This document shows, piece after piece, positions 9,265 through 18,745 of a DNA stretch of 35,247 nt. The stretch lies in IMG/VR virus record IMGVR_UViG_2703719355_000021. One strand, written 5' to 3'. The notes under the pieces are model-generated. The model made no database searches. It saw only the letters and a list, made by a program, of their open reading frames with translations, and was not told where the DNA came from. Source of the stretch: a virus. Its lineage: Duplodnaviria; Heunggongvirae; Uroviricota; Caudoviricetes. Each line of letters opens with the position of its first letter. The stretch's first letter is position 1. The translations under genes and the position numbers were made by a program.

Positions 9265-9798
9265 ATGATGCACTTAAAAAACATTACTGCTGGCAACCCT
9301 AAAACAAAAGAGCAATACCAGCTAACAAAGCAATTTAACATCAAATGGCTTTATTCAGATGATGGAAAAAACTGGTATGAGGAACAAAAGAATTTCCAGC
9401 CAGACACTTTGAAAATGGTCTATGACCATAACGGCGTTATTATTTGTATTGAAAAGGATGTTTCAGCAATTAATCCAGAAGGCGCAAGCGTCGTTGAGGT
9501 TCCTGATATTACAGCAAATCGCCGGGCTGATATTTCGGGGAAATGGATGTTCAAAGATGGCGTAGTGATAAAGCGAACTTACACCGAGGAAGAGCAGAGG
9601 CAACAAGCGGAAAATGAAAAGCAAAGCCTGTTGCAACTTGTCAGGGATAAAACCCAGCTATGGGACTCACAGCTACGGCTGGGCATCATTTCCGACGAGA
9701 ATAAACAAAAATTAACCGAGTGGATGCTCTATGCGCAGAAAGTCGAATCCACAGACACCTCCAGCCTGCCAGTAACGTTTCCCGAACAACCTGAATGA
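9265..9798 (+). CDS. tail fibre assembly protein (alternative copy)
   Basis: 177 aa, N-terminus MMHLKNITAGNPKT...[13 protein letters not shown] paralogous to the minus-strand copy at 9827-10354. Confidence 0.85.
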   Translation: MMHLKNITAGNPKTKEQYQLTKQFNIKWLYSDDGKNWYEEQKNFQPDTLKMVYDHNGVIICIEKDVSAINPEGASVVEVPDITANRRADISGKWMFKDGVVIKRTYTEEEQRQQAENEKQSLLQLVRDKTQLWDSQLRLGIISDENKQKLTEWMLYAQKVESTDTSSLPVTFPEQPE

Positions 9799-9802
9799 GA
9801 CA

Positions 9803-9822
9803 AGGCCCGATATCGGGCCTTA
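9803..9822. terminator. bidirectional hairpin between the convergent fibre-assembly genes
   Basis: aaggcccgatatcgggcctt perfect palindrome followed by a T-run on the plus strand. Confidence 0.55.
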
Positions 9823-9826
9823 ATTT

Positions 9827-10354
9827 TTATTCAGGCTTTTGTGGCCATTCAGGATTTGCCGTATCCACACGGCTGACCAGAACACTGTAGCGTTCCCATG
9901 ACTCCAGTCGTGCGCGTTCCTCATCCGTCGCCATATTCAGCCTGACGGCGCGTTCCAGTGGCTGAATAACGCTTTCTGCTTCGGAAATTAACGCGGCCTT
10001 TTGTGATTCGGCCTGTTGTTGCAGTTCCTGTTCTGTATATTCCCTCTTTACTACTTTACCATCCAGAAACATCCATTTTCCGTTATTGTCTGCGCGACGA
10101 TTTGCCGTAATATCAGGAACTTCAACTATGCTTAGCCCTTCAGGATTAATAGTTGAAACGTCTTTACTGACAGCAACGATGATGTTGTTCTCATCGTAAG
10201 CAATTTTTATGGTGTCTGGCTGAAAATTCTTTTGTTCCTCATACCAGTTCTTGCCATCTTCACAAAAGAGCCATACCACGCCCGCTTTTTTAGTTAGCTG
10301 GTATTGTTCCGGTGTTTTCGGATTCCCGGCCTTAATATTTTTCAGGTGCATCAT
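9827..10354 (-). CDS. G: tail fibre assembly protein gpG (expressed orientation)
   Basis: [14 protein letters not shown]... paralogue of 9265-9798; start taken at the tandem Met 1 nt after the H stop. Confidence 0.85.
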   Translation of the reverse strand: MMHLKNIKAGNPKTPEQYQLTKKAGVVWLFCEDGKNWYEEQKNFQPDTIKIAYDENNIIVAVSKDVSTINPEGLSIVEVPDITANRRADNNGKWMFLDGKVVKREYTEQELQQQAESQKAALISEAESVIQPLERAVRLNMATDEERARLESWERYSVLVSRVDTANPEWPQKPE

Positions 10355-10355
10355 C

Positions 10356-12401
10356 TTAAACACTCCCCACGTTGTACCATATTCCCCCAATCAATTTCTG
10401 AATTGGCCTTCTGGCAACAGTGTCGACAATATCATCCGCATTGCTGTTCATTGCGGCTGTTAAAACATAACCTGACGCATCGCCAAAGCCGTAGTCGCGC
10501 CATACGTTTTTAAGTTCAATGCTGCCAAGACGAATATCCCGAACGACATGATTATGCAGCCATGTGCTTAACCAGTTGTTTTCCCACACTGAACCATAAA
10601 TATCGCCACTAGACGCGACTTGCGCACCACTTCCCAGAGTGAAACCGCCATCCCTTTTAAAGATGAAGTCACCACCACCATCTGAACCGTTATTAATATG
10701 AACACCATCACCACCGTTATCTTTCCACAAAAACATACGAATACTTCCGTCTTCGTTGGCGAATGTAATGTGGTGGCGGTAATTACTTTTTAATCTAAAA
10801 TTGCTGCCATTAGATTCAATATCTTTATAAATATGTAATCCTAACTCATCAATATGTCCTATGCGCGAACCATTTGAAAAGATGCTAATAAAACCATCTC
10901 CATCTTGCCTAAATCCGGTGTCGTTATCTCCCAGAACAATGGAGTTTTCACCCAGTGCGTTATCAGTAGCACCAATAGCTAGACCTCCTTCAATTTTGGC
11001 CCCGTGGCTGACAGATATAGCACCTGTTCTCAGATTTATAGCGAATGGCCTTAATGGGCCGATATCACCGTTTTCGCCTTGTCCTTCAGCCGTCGGAATG
11101 AAATGAAGAAAATCTTCTGAACGACGGAAAATAAGACCGAAGGCATCATTGAAAATTCGCAGCGCATTCACCGTGCCAATTTTCAGTTCTCCGGTCATTT
11201 TATCACCGGAACGCTGAACGGCGTTACCAGCCTTGTTTACCGTTTCCTGCAAACCGAGGTATTCGATAACGGCGGCAACGGTCGATTTCGCAAGAATATC
11301 CCGCCCGACTTTTGTCAGAGTTGCCAAGCTGGCGACATCATTCCCCGTAAAATACGGAAACCTGTCTGCCGCAGTAGCAAGCCCGGCCAGCGCCGTCAGG
11401 GTGGCATCTTTCGGTTGCTTACCCGCAAGCGCGTTAGTCATGGTGGTCGCAAAATTCGGGTCGTTGCCCAACGCCGCAGCCAGCTCGTTTAGCGTATTCA
11501 GTGCGTCAGGCGACGAGTCCACGAGGGCAGCGATCGCAGCCATAACGAAAGCCGTGCTTGCGATTTGGGTATTATTCGTTCCCTGTCGCGCAGTTGGCGT
11601 TGTTGGCGTTCCGGTCAACGCAGGACTGTTTAAGGGCGCTTTCTTGTTCGTTTCATCCATTACCGCCTTAACCGCTTTCGATGTCGCGGCCAGTGTTTCA
11701 GACGTGCTGTTGGTTGCACTGCTGAGCTGGACTATCCCTTTTCGTGCCGTCGTGGCGTCCTGAGCGGTATATTTTCCGTTAGCCAGGTCATACGCGGCCT
11801 TAACCGCTTTCGGCGTTGCGGCCAGCGTTTCAGAATCGCTGTTAGTGGCGCTACTGAGTTGAACAAAGCCTTTTGCGGTCAGCGAGGCATCCGGGTGACG
11901 TCGTGACTGTTCATGCTCTTTCAGTTTGTCATCCACGTAATCCACTGTGGCCATCACCATGGTGTTATCCACGGTAAGCGCCACGCTGGCAGTGCTGGAT
12001 ACGGTCAGAATGGTGCGAAATGTTTGTGCACGTCCGGACCCCTCGGCAACGGTTGGCTTGTAACTTTCGGCAGTATTGCCCACCGCGATTAAATCGCCGT
12101 GCTCATCAAATACACCAATTTCCCGGATCCAGAATCCGCCCGTTTCAGGAGGAATAACCAGCTCCGCAATAATGCGGTTCTGATGTGTTGCGTCCAGGAT
12201 GACGCGATTAACAGTGTGTCGCCACACCTCATGCACCAGACGGGTCTGCTTACTGTCTGGTGTGGGCAACGTGCCGCCACCGTCGCCCACGGCCATATGA
12301 GTCAGGCGGACAGGCTTACCATCTGGCGCGGCTGCCTGAGCTAATTTTTTTGCACCCGTATCGGTGATAACGGTTTTAAATTTTCGTGTTGTGGTACTCA
12401 T
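10356..12401 (-). CDS. H: tail fibre protein gpH (constant N-terminal part plus currently joined variable C-terminal part)
   Basis: 681 aa; N-terminus [24 protein letters not shown]..., internal repeats (ATNSxSETLAATxKAVKA twice); the crossover site lies in-frame at about 11244-11269. Confidence 0.9.
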   Translation of the reverse strand: MSTTTRKFKTVITDTGAKKLAQAAAPDGKPVRLTHMAVGDGGGTLPTPDSKQTRLVHEVWRHTVNRVILDATHQNRIIAELVIPPETGGFWIREIGVFDEHGDLIAVGNTAESYKPTVAEGSGRAQTFRTILTVSSTASVALTVDNTMVMATVDYVDDKLKEHEQSRRHPDASLTAKGFVQLSSATNSDSETLAATPKAVKAAYDLANGKYTAQDATTARKGIVQLSSATNSTSETLAATSKAVKAVMDETNKKAPLNSPALTGTPTTPTARQGTNNTQIASTAFVMAAIAALVDSSPDALNTLNELAAALGNDPNFATTMTNALAGKQPKDATLTALAGLATAADRFPYFTGNDVASLATLTKVGRDILAKSTVAAVIEYLGLQETVNKAGNAVQRSGDKMTGELKIGTVNALRIFNDAFGLIFRRSEDFLHFIPTAEGQGENGDIGPLRPFAINLRTGAISVSHGAKIEGGLAIGATDNALGENSIVLGDNDTGFRQDGDGFISIFSNGSRIGHIDELGLHIYKDIESNGSNFRLKSNYRHHITFANEDGSIRMFLWKDNGGDGVHINNGSDGGGDFIFKRDGGFTLGSGAQVASSGDIYGSVWENNWLSTWLHNHVVRDIRLGSIELKNVWRDYGFGDASGYVLTAAMNSNADDIVDTVARRPIQKLIGGIWYNVGSV

Positions 12402-12403
12402 GC

Positions 12404-12934
12404 TTAATCGTCCGGATAAATGGTAATAACTTCACCGTCATAAGTTGCCGCCGCTGCGAAAATACCCCCCGGAATTTCCTGAATGATATTCAGCCCTGTC
12501 ATGTGGCGGCTGACCGGACGGGCATCAGCAATCAACCGCTCCATTTCCAGATACATTTCCTCCGTCACGCCACTGTCCAGTGTGCCGACTTCAACGGTAA
12601 ATGTTCCCGGTTCTCCGCCGAACTCCCACCATTCAGACACGCGAATGAGGTATCCCAGCGGCTCAATGGCCCTGCGCAGTGCGCTGATGGTCCCTTTGTG
12701 TCGGTGTATCAGCCATGCATCACGAATAACCTGTCGCTTTGTCTCTTCCGGCCAGTTGCGATCCCAGCGGTCAACGGAAAATGCCCAGGCGAGATAGGGC
12801 AGCAGATGCACCGGACAGGTATCCGGCGACCACAGTGTGTTGAGGTCTACCGGAATGTCTGTAATGCGTGTTCCGACGGCTTCGGCACAACGCATGAAAT
12901 TGCTGGCTGATGGTGGTAACAACGAATTACTCAT
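12404..12934 (-). CDS. I: baseplate protein gpI
   Basis: Aligns with P2 gpI from MSNSLLPPSASN... (LLPYLAWAFSVDRWD, EMERLIADARP motifs). Start moved to the internal Met; the track ORF starts at 12967. Confidence 0.88.
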   Translation of the reverse strand: MSNSLLPPSASNFMRCAEAVGTRITDIPVDLNTLWSPDTCPVHLLPYLAWAFSVDRWDRNWPEETKRQVIRDAWLIHRHKGTISALRRAIEPLGYLIRVSEWWEFGGEPGTFTVEVGTLDSGVTEEMYLEMERLIADARPVSRHMTGLNIIQEIPGGIFAAAATYDGEVITIYPDD

Positions 12935-13823
12935 TGCGCCCACCTTCGCTGATGGTAAATGACTCACAGCGCGCCGCCTGTATGTCGCTGATGGCCATAT
13001 TCTGTGTGGGTTCGATTATCTCCACGCGTTGCACACCGTGCACATGCAGTGCGGCAGCAATGGCGGACAACGCCACGTCCTGACCGATAAGCCCCTGCTC
13101 AGCCAGCCACTTCCTGAACGACGATTCCGCCGCAGCCAGAATAGGTTCGGATTCCGGACCGGGGTAAAAGTACAGTTTTGCATTCAGCCGCCATGTCACG
13201 ATTCTGGCGCTCTGTACGGTCAGGCGGTCGGCCACCGGGCGGGTATCCTCTGCATTCAGAACGACGCGAACGGTATTAAGCAACGCCTCCGTTGCTGTGC
13301 CGTCGCCTTCAGTGGACAGGATGGAAACCGTCACACAGGCCGGAGACGGACTGATAGCCCGCGCATCGCGTACCAGACCGCTGGCGCTGCGGGCAAAATA
13401 CTCGTATGCACCTGAAGGGCCAGCAACACTCAGACCGTCATATGCCCGTTGCGCCCGTAGTCTCAGCGAGGTGTCACTTTCCATCACTGCGTCGGTGGTA
13501 TCCGTTGCCGGAGTGATGGTCAGGCGTTTTGTGTTCATATTGCCCGTGAGGTTGTCCAGGTCTGTCCCGGCGCTGTGGCTTAACATGCAGGCGCGTGCCC
13601 CCTCATTGATCCGCTGGCGTAACAGCATTTCACGAAAAGACATGGTTTGAGCGATAACGTTCAGGGGTTCCGATTCCAGCTCCAGCGCGGCGGAGACGGC
13701 TTCACGCTGTTCGGCAGGATAGGACGCAATCATCATGGCCTTTGTGTCAGCCAGAATTGCCTCAAAGTCAGGCTCCGCGATGATGGCGGGGTCCGGTAAC
13801 TGTGAAAGGTCAACGGCGGGCAT
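12927..13823 (-). CDS. J: baseplate protein gpJ
   Basis: 298 aa; P2 gpJ-like size and position between W and I. Confidence 0.88.
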   Translation of the reverse strand: MPAVDLSQLPDPAIIAEPDFEAILADTKAMMIASYPAEQREAVSAALELESEPLNVIAQTMSFREMLLRQRINEGARACMLSHSAGTDLDNLTGNMNTKRLTITPATDTTDAVMESDTSLRLRAQRAYDGLSVAGPSGAYEYFARSASGLVRDARAISPSPACVTVSILSTEGDGTATEALLNTVRVVLNAEDTRPVADRLTVQSARIVTWRLNAKLYFYPGPESEPILAAAESSFRKWLAEQGLIGQDVALSAIAAALHVHGVQRVEIIEPTQNMAISDIQAARCESFTISEGGRNE

Positions 13824-13826
13824 GAT

Positions 13827-14177
13827 TTACTCCCTTAGCGTGATGGTTAATTCAACATTCTGCATGGTCTGCATGACAGTGCCCGACAGCGTCACCCCGG
13901 CGCGGCCTCCCGCTTTCCAGACAACGTCGATGGCATCCAGGGCAATGCGGGGTTCCCATCGTGTCAGCGCAATCACGGCAGCACTCATGCATTGCAGACG
14001 CGTGGTGTTATTCATGGGTTCGTCAATCAAATCAGGCACAAGGCTGCCATATTCCCGTCGCATAACCCGGCTTGCCAGCGGGGTGGTCAGGATATCCCTG
14101 ACTGACTGTTTCAGGTGCTCCATATCGTTCAGGTTTCCCGTCCCGTCCGGATTCATTCCTGTGTAGCGGGTTGTCAC
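13827..14177 (-). CDS. W: baseplate wedge protein gpW (gp25-like)
   Basis: 116 aa; conserved position and size. Confidence 0.88.
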   Translation of the reverse strand: MTTRYTGMNPDGTGNLNDMEHLKQSVRDILTTPLASRVMRREYGSLVPDLIDEPMNNTTRLQCMSAAVIALTRWEPRIALDAIDVVWKAGGRAGVTLSGTVMQTMQNVELTITLRE

Positions 14178-14755
14178 TGCGGGCCTCCTGTCGAATCGCT
14201 GCCGCCTTTCACGCCACCGTGTTTATGCGTATGCACGGTAATGCCGTTTGAGGTGAAATTGCCGCCGCTGTGCGTGATATTGCCGCTCATCTTTCCCCCT
14301 TTTGTGACGTCAAGCGTCGCCGTTCTCAGAAGGTTTGTGCATTCCACGACGGGCGTATCCAGTTTCACGCTGACGGATGCCTGTAAAGTGGCCGTTTTCA
14401 TGCCGCTGGCGCTCAGTGCGCCTGCGTCCGCGTCGTAGCGGAACACCGCGCCGTCCGGCGCGCTGATCACGATTTCTTTCAGGCTTTTGCCGGGTGCCGG
14501 ACTGGCATCACTCCACAGGCTGCCAATTATCATGGCGGTTTCCGGGTTGCCGCCAATGCAGGCAATTGCCACCTGTTCGCCTGGTGATGGCGGCAGCCAC
14601 ACATTGAAGGCTCCCGCGCGCGTGGTGTTCCAGCGCAGCCAGCCTGTTTCCAGTTCGCCGCTGCGAACGCGCACGCGCCAGGACTTCTCATCAACTTCAG
14701 AGATGATCCCGGTGCGGATGATATTGCTCAGCAGTCGCATGAGTTCTGCGCTCAC
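14174..14755 (-). CDS. V: baseplate spike / assembly protein gpV
   Basis: 193 aa; Gly-rich C-terminus typical of gpV-family spikes. Confidence 0.88.
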   Translation of the reverse strand: MSAELMRLLSNIIRTGIISEVDEKSWRVRVRSGELETGWLRWNTTRAGAFNVWLPPSPGEQVAIACIGGNPETAMIIGSLWSDASPAPGKSLKEIVISAPDGAVFRYDADAGALSASGMKTATLQASVSVKLDTPVVECTNLLRTATLDVTKGGKMSGNITHSGGNFTSNGITVHTHKHGGVKGGSDSTGGPQ

Positions 14756-15396
14756 CGTACAGCCTCCGCAATCCGGCCCAGCACCGTGTTATAAATCAGG
14801 CGCTCATCTGCCTGGCTGATACCCAGCAGCTCACGTACCGGGTAATCGGTGAAAATGCCCGGCGCAACCTGATCGCGCTCACCGAACTGATGAACGCGGG
14901 CAATACGTGCGGCCACGCCGCTGTAACCCACCGTCACACCGGAAGCATCTGCACGGGCTTTCAGGTAGCGGGCGGTGCGCAGTTTTACGAACATGGGGAC
15001 GCGCTTTGTGCTGTCCTGGTTGATGCGCCGGGTGCGTATTTCCAGAAAACGGTCGATGTCATCCCGGTAAAACGTGCGGATATTATTTTTATCCTCATCC
15101 CACCCGGTAATGGTTCGCCCGTATTTCCCCGTGTCGTGATGCCAGTTTTTCAGCGTGCGTGCTTCGTTATTCCAGATAAAGCGAATGCGCTCCTGTATCC
15201 GGGTTACGCGGCGTCTGCGTGGTGTCCATGCGGTCCCGTCCGGCGCTTTCTGTGACCGGATACGTGCCTGCTGGGCGCGGCGTAAATCCTGTGCCAGCTT
15301 TCTGGCGATGTTATTGATGGCCTGCTGATTCAGGCTGTCGCGGATGGCCTCAAAGGTTTCATCCACGCGGGTGAATGCCTTATCCATCGCTTTCAC
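14752..15396 (-). CDS. S: tail completion / virion morphogenesis protein (gpS family)
   Basis: Position between R and V; longer (214 aa) than P2 gpS. Confidence 0.7.
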   Translation of the reverse strand: MKAMDKAFTRVDETFEAIRDSLNQQAINNIARKLAQDLRRAQQARIRSQKAPDGTAWTPRRRRVTRIQERIRFIWNNEARTLKNWHHDTGKYGRTITGWDEDKNNIRTFYRDDIDRFLEIRTRRINQDSTKRVPMFVKLRTARYLKARADASGVTVGYSGVAARIARVHQFGERDQVAPGIFTDYPVRELLGISQADERLIYNTVLGRIAEAVR

Positions 15397-15847
15397 CCCA
15401 CGTCACATCCTGGAATACATGCGACCAGTCGCCTTCGGAAGATGGCAGGCGGGGTTTTGGCTCCGGCAGGTGTTCTGCCTGCGGTGTGCCCTGACTGCTG
15501 CGCGTGATGCGAACGCGTTCCCGCAGGGGGAGCGTAAACAGGAGATCGGCGCTGTCATCGTCATTGATAACGGCGGAGAATTTGATGTCCTGATTACGCT
15601 CAGGGTTGAGCAACAACTGTGGCTGATTTTCGGATAACCACGCCAGCAGCGGCAGCGTGAGGTCGTCCAGCTCCCCGGCGTAATCCATGACAAACATCAC
15701 CATCTGATAGCGGTAAACAAACGAGGGCGTTTCTCCGGTCGTTTCAATGTTGCCGCTCTCCACGAAAATGGTGAATTTTTCCGGGTTAGCCTGACACCAT
15801 CGGCATGAACGGGTCATGGCTTCACGCAGGGAATCAGTTTTCAGCAT
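15380..15847 (-). CDS. R: tail completion protein gpR
   Basis: 155 aa, the same length as P2 gpR, immediately after the lysis genes. Confidence 0.85.
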   Translation of the reverse strand: MLKTDSLREAMTRSCRWCQANPEKFTIFVESGNIETTGETPSFVYRYQMVMFVMDYAGELDDLTLPLLAWLSENQPQLLLNPERNQDIKFSAVINDDDSADLLFTLPLRERVRITRSSQGTPQAEHLPEPKPRLPSSEGDWSHVFQDVTWGESDG

Positions 15848-16124
15848 GGTTGTTATCCTCGTTGTTCAGTCGTTGCAGCCTGCGCTGTTCCAGTAATTCA
15901 ATGGCCCGTTTATCCGCGTTACAGGTTTCCAGTGCATCCAGAAGGCGGTCGCCCCATATACCGAGATTTCCCCATGTGGGAGTGTCAGGGAAGGGAGGAG
16001 GCATTACCGGTATGGTCAGCGTCTGCGGTATAAGCCGGACTGACGGCGCTGGCAGTGGCGCGTTCTGCGTGCCTGCGCAACCTGTCAGTAAAACGAGCGT
16101 CAGGCAAAGCGTGGGCGCATTCAT
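15834..16124 (-). CDS. outer-membrane spanin lipoprotein (LysC / Rz1-like)
   Basis: MNAPTLCLTLVLLTGC... lipobox; Pro-rich; starts inside the i-spanin gene in another frame and extends past it. Start taken at the internal Met; the track ORF begins at 16154. Confidence 0.7.
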   Translation of the reverse strand: MNAPTLCLTLVLLTGCAGTQNAPLPAPSVRLIPQTLTIPVMPPPFPDTPTWGNLGIWGDRLLDALETCNADKRAIELLEQRRLQRLNNEDNNHAEN

Positions 16125-16392
16125 CTTTTGCAATATCGTTGCGTAGCTGTTCACGTCTGGCCTCTCCGTCCTGATTTCGCTGTTGATTTTCCACGCGGAG
16201 TTGCGCCAGCACCTGCTGCATATCCTGTACCCCGGTGCTGATGATATTCAGGGTGTCGACGGTACTTTTCAGGGCGCTGGCCTGCGCTTCGTTTCTGGCG
16301 TTCTCCCGGCCCAGCGACCACGACAGACGCATGGATGTTCCCCATGCGGCAATCAGAAGGAAAGCGACGCCCAGCGTGGGCCAGAGCTTCAT
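15985..16392 (-). CDS. inner-membrane spanin (LysB / Rz-like)
   Basis: Start at the internal Met giving MKLWPTLGVAFLLIAAWGTS (N-terminal TM) followed by a coiled-coil-like region; the ATG overlaps the endolysin stop. Confidence 0.72.
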   Translation of the reverse strand: MKLWPTLGVAFLLIAAWGTSMRLSWSLGRENARNEAQASALKSTVDTLNIISTGVQDMQQVLAQLRVENQQRNQDGEARREQLRNDIAKDECAHALPDARFTDRLRRHAERATASAVSPAYTADADHTGNASSLP

Positions 16393-16781
16393 GCCGGATA
16401 GGCTCCGTGTGGTAACTGAAAATGCGGTCCGTCTTTCAGGGTCTTCCAGTCGCCGCCCCATTCCACCGGAATATTCAGTTCCCGGCTGGCCTGTCTGAAT
16501 GCTGCTGCGATTTTTTCGTACAGCGGCCATTCCCATGACACCTGGCTGCCGATATAAGCCACAACATCCACGGCATGCCCCGTAAGGTGGCGGCTGTTCA
16601 TGGTCTGGCTCTTACCTGTGGCCACAAGTTGTTTCTGGCGGTAACGGCTGCGCAACCCTTCGGTGATACCAAAATCCACTTCCGAGATTTCCAGTGCCCG
16701 TCGGGTCACTTTCACCAGATCAGGATTTACGCCCTGCAAATTCTTTTCGCTCCGGCTGCTGAATTTAAATGTGTTGCTCAT
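16389..16781 (-). CDS. endolysin, peptidase M15 family (L-alanyl-D-glutamate peptidase type)
   Basis: 130 aa with an H-x6-D ... H metal-binding pattern (SRHLTGHAVDV ... HFQLPHG); sits between the holin and the spanins. Confidence 0.8.
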   Translation of the reverse strand: MSNTFKFSSRSEKNLQGVNPDLVKVTRRALEISEVDFGITEGLRSRYRQKQLVATGKSQTMNSRHLTGHAVDVVAYIGSQVSWEWPLYEKIAAAFRQASRELNIPVEWGGDWKTLKDGPHFQLPHGAYPA

Positions 16782-17101
16782 TCGTCCTTCTCCTTCACCC
16801 TGCGATTAAAGGCCGCAATAACCTTGTCGCGTGCTTTCTCTGCGCCCATAAAACCGATTGATGCGCCGATAAACGTCACGGCATCTTCAGGAAACCCGAA
16901 GAAGCGCAACGACCCGGCCACGGCCATGGCAAGAACGCCGCACGCCAGCGATCCCGTTACGGTCTGAACCAGTGTTCGTCCGTCATAAAGACTCATCAGC
17001 GCGGAAATGCTGACCGCCGCGCCTACTGCATACACCGTTGGCAGGTGGTCAAAGAGCCACGCAATAACCTGCTCTGTGATCCCTGTTTGAATGGTGCTCA
17101 C
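16778..17101 (-). CDS. holin
   Basis: GTG start with a GGAG ribosome-binding site just after the X stop; 107 aa with hydrophobic TM segments and a charged C-terminus (RRVKEKDE). The track ORF extends implausibly through gene X. Confidence 0.65.
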   Translation of the reverse strand: MSTIQTGITEQVIAWLFDHLPTVYAVGAAVSISALMSLYDGRTLVQTVTGSLACGVLAMAVAGSLRFFGFPEDAVTFIGASIGFMGAEKARDKVIAAFNRRVKEKDE

Positions 17102-17103
17102 TG

Positions 17104-17304
17104 CTACTCCCCCCACAACTGAATCATTTCTCGTTTCTTCTTCTCCGGCTCCGGCATCTCCACTTCCTGCCCGGCGTCCAGAAATACCTGCTGACAGAGT
17201 CCGGGGTTGGCATCCAGCACCTTTTCGGTGACGCCCTGCGTCGTGCCGTAGTACCGGAAACAGAGCGAATCCACGGTGTCGCCTTCCAGTGCCTTCACTT
17301 TCAT
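17104..17304 (-). CDS. X: tail protein gpX
   Basis: Internal start MKVKALEGDTVDSLCFRYYG... matches P2 gpX (…QGDTLDAICVRYYG…, ANPGL); 66 aa; GGAG ribosome-binding site. Confidence 0.85.
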   Translation of the reverse strand: MKVKALEGDTVDSLCFRYYGTTQGVTEKVLDANPGLCQQVFLDAGQEVEMPEPEKKKREMIQLWGE

Positions 17305-17807
17305 CAGCACAACTCCGCAAAGATTCGCGGGCGGCACAGAATGTCAGAGATGGCCCAGCTCACATCGCGCCACAAATCCGATGTCTGTATATCCAGTGCG
17401 TCCGCCCGGCGGTCGCCCTTGTCCGTTGTGTCTGCATCACGATAACGCTCCAGAATCAGGGCGCGCGTGGCGGTATAAACCGCATTGCGCCAGTGCCAGA
17501 GATTGACGCTTTCTCCGTTAATTACGGGTGCCGGAACATCGGCCAGCGTCTGATGGCCAGCCGCCTGCTGTTCCTGCTGCCACGCTTCCAGCTCGCGGGT
17601 AACGTGTGCCACGGCCCCGGTGGCGGTATGCAGCAGGCGGGAGGTGGTCACACGGCCCGGCAGTCGTACCGCCAGACGCAGCTCACGCAGCACAATATCC
17701 GGCCAGAATGCACCTGCTGAAATACGGGTATCACCATCATCGGTATCGGTGATGTCGTCCTCTGCGGGTCCGGGGTTGGTTCTGGCAACCATACTCATGG
17801 GGTTCAC
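17304..17807 (-). CDS. L: capsid completion protein gpL
   Basis: 167 aa; P2 gpL-like position after terminase M. Confidence 0.85.
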   Translation of the reverse strand: MNPMSMVARTNPGPAEDDITDTDDGDTRISAGAFWPDIVLRELRLAVRLPGRVTTSRLLHTATGAVAHVTRELEAWQQEQQAAGHQTLADVPAPVINGESVNLWHWRNAVYTATRALILERYRDADTTDKGDRRADALDIQTSDLWRDVSWAISDILCRPRIFAELC

Positions 17808-17899
17808 TCCTGAAAAAATCGGGCGGTGGGTGCGCGGTGTAAACGGTCACGGAGTCAAACCGGAACACCGCGCACGCCGCCCGCTGACGGGGTCAGTCG

Positions 17900-18700
17900 T
17901 TAACCGCGCTTCGCCTTCTGCGTCGCGGTGGTTTTTCGTGTTGCAGGCTTCCGCGTTGTCTTTTTACTTTTGCTGCTTTCGTCCTGCGCCTGCGGTGTGC
18001 TGGCATCTTCTGGTGCGGCTGCGGAATCGGCTTTTTTCAGGGCGCGGGAAAGGGTTGCAATCTCGCGTTTCACACCTGCGTTCGGGTTCAGGTGCATCGC
18101 TTCGCGCAGCAGCTTCAGTGATGAGGCCATGCTGTCCGCATCGGTCAGGCCACGGCGGGCAAAGGCGCACGCTTTGCATAATTTGGCGCGCACTTCGTCC
18201 GGCATGTCCTGGTCGGTGACAATCTCCCGGAGGGTGTCCAGTGGTTCGATAAAGGTGGACAAATCCGCGTCGGCATCCGTCCCGGCCTGCGTCAGTACCG
18301 GATTACAGATTTCTTCGGTCAGTACCGTGGCAGCAGTACGTCCAAAGTTATCCGGCATGATGAGGTTGTGACGGACCACATATGCACCAATACGCAGCGC
18401 CAGCGGAAGATCGCCGCAGTCAATCGCCCACACCATCAGCGTGGCAATCACTTCATCCTGCTGCCCGCCGTCAGCCTCCAGCGTTCCTTCAATCCAGCCG
18501 GAAAAGTCCGGCAACAACTCTTTTTTGATGGCGGCTTTGGCGCTTCTGGCCTGTACGCCCTTAAGCCGGGCCTGTGCCAGACGCAGACGATACAGCACCT
18601 CTTCATGCGCGGTACGCGCGGCGTGATCCACGCCTTCATTCGCCCGGCCTGCGCGCTGCGCCATCACGTTCTGCCAGTGTTGCTGTGCAGGAGTAATCAT
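17900..18700 (-). CDS. M: terminase endonuclease (small) subunit gpM
   Basis: 266 aa; DMPDEVRAKL motif shared with P2 gpM; basic Lys/Arg-rich C-terminal tail. Confidence 0.88.
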   Translation of the reverse strand: MITPAQQHWQNVMAQRAGRANEGVDHAARTAHEEVLYRLRLAQARLKGVQARSAKAAIKKELLPDFSGWIEGTLEADGGQQDEVIATLMVWAIDCGDLPLALRIGAYVVRHNLIMPDNFGRTAATVLTEEICNPVLTQAGTDADADLSTFIEPLDTLREIVTDQDMPDEVRAKLCKACAFARRGLTDADSMASSLKLLREAMHLNPNAGVKREIATLSRALKKADSAAAPEDASTPQAQDESSKSKKTTRKPATRKTTATQKAKRG

Positions 18701-18745
18701 TCTTTCTCTCCGTTACAGGCGGGCATGATGCCCGCCGTGAGTTGA

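Larger units (their letters stand above)
8298..11269. other. invertible tail-fibre DNA segment (G-segment-like) bounded by inverted gix/cix-type crossover sites
   Basis: ttatctaaaacctcggtttgcaggaa at about 8298-8323 and its inverted copy ttcctgcaaaccgaggtattcgataa at about 11244-11269. The segment holds two alternative fibre C-terminal regions and two fibre-assembly genes in opposite orientations, next to the invertase. Confidence 0.8.

Noticed and set aside
16778-17320. 180 aa track ORF as the holin
   Set aside because: It would run through the whole of gene X; the hydrophobic holin portion begins at a GTG with a GGAG ribosome-binding site right after the X stop, so the shorter 107 aa product is annotated instead.
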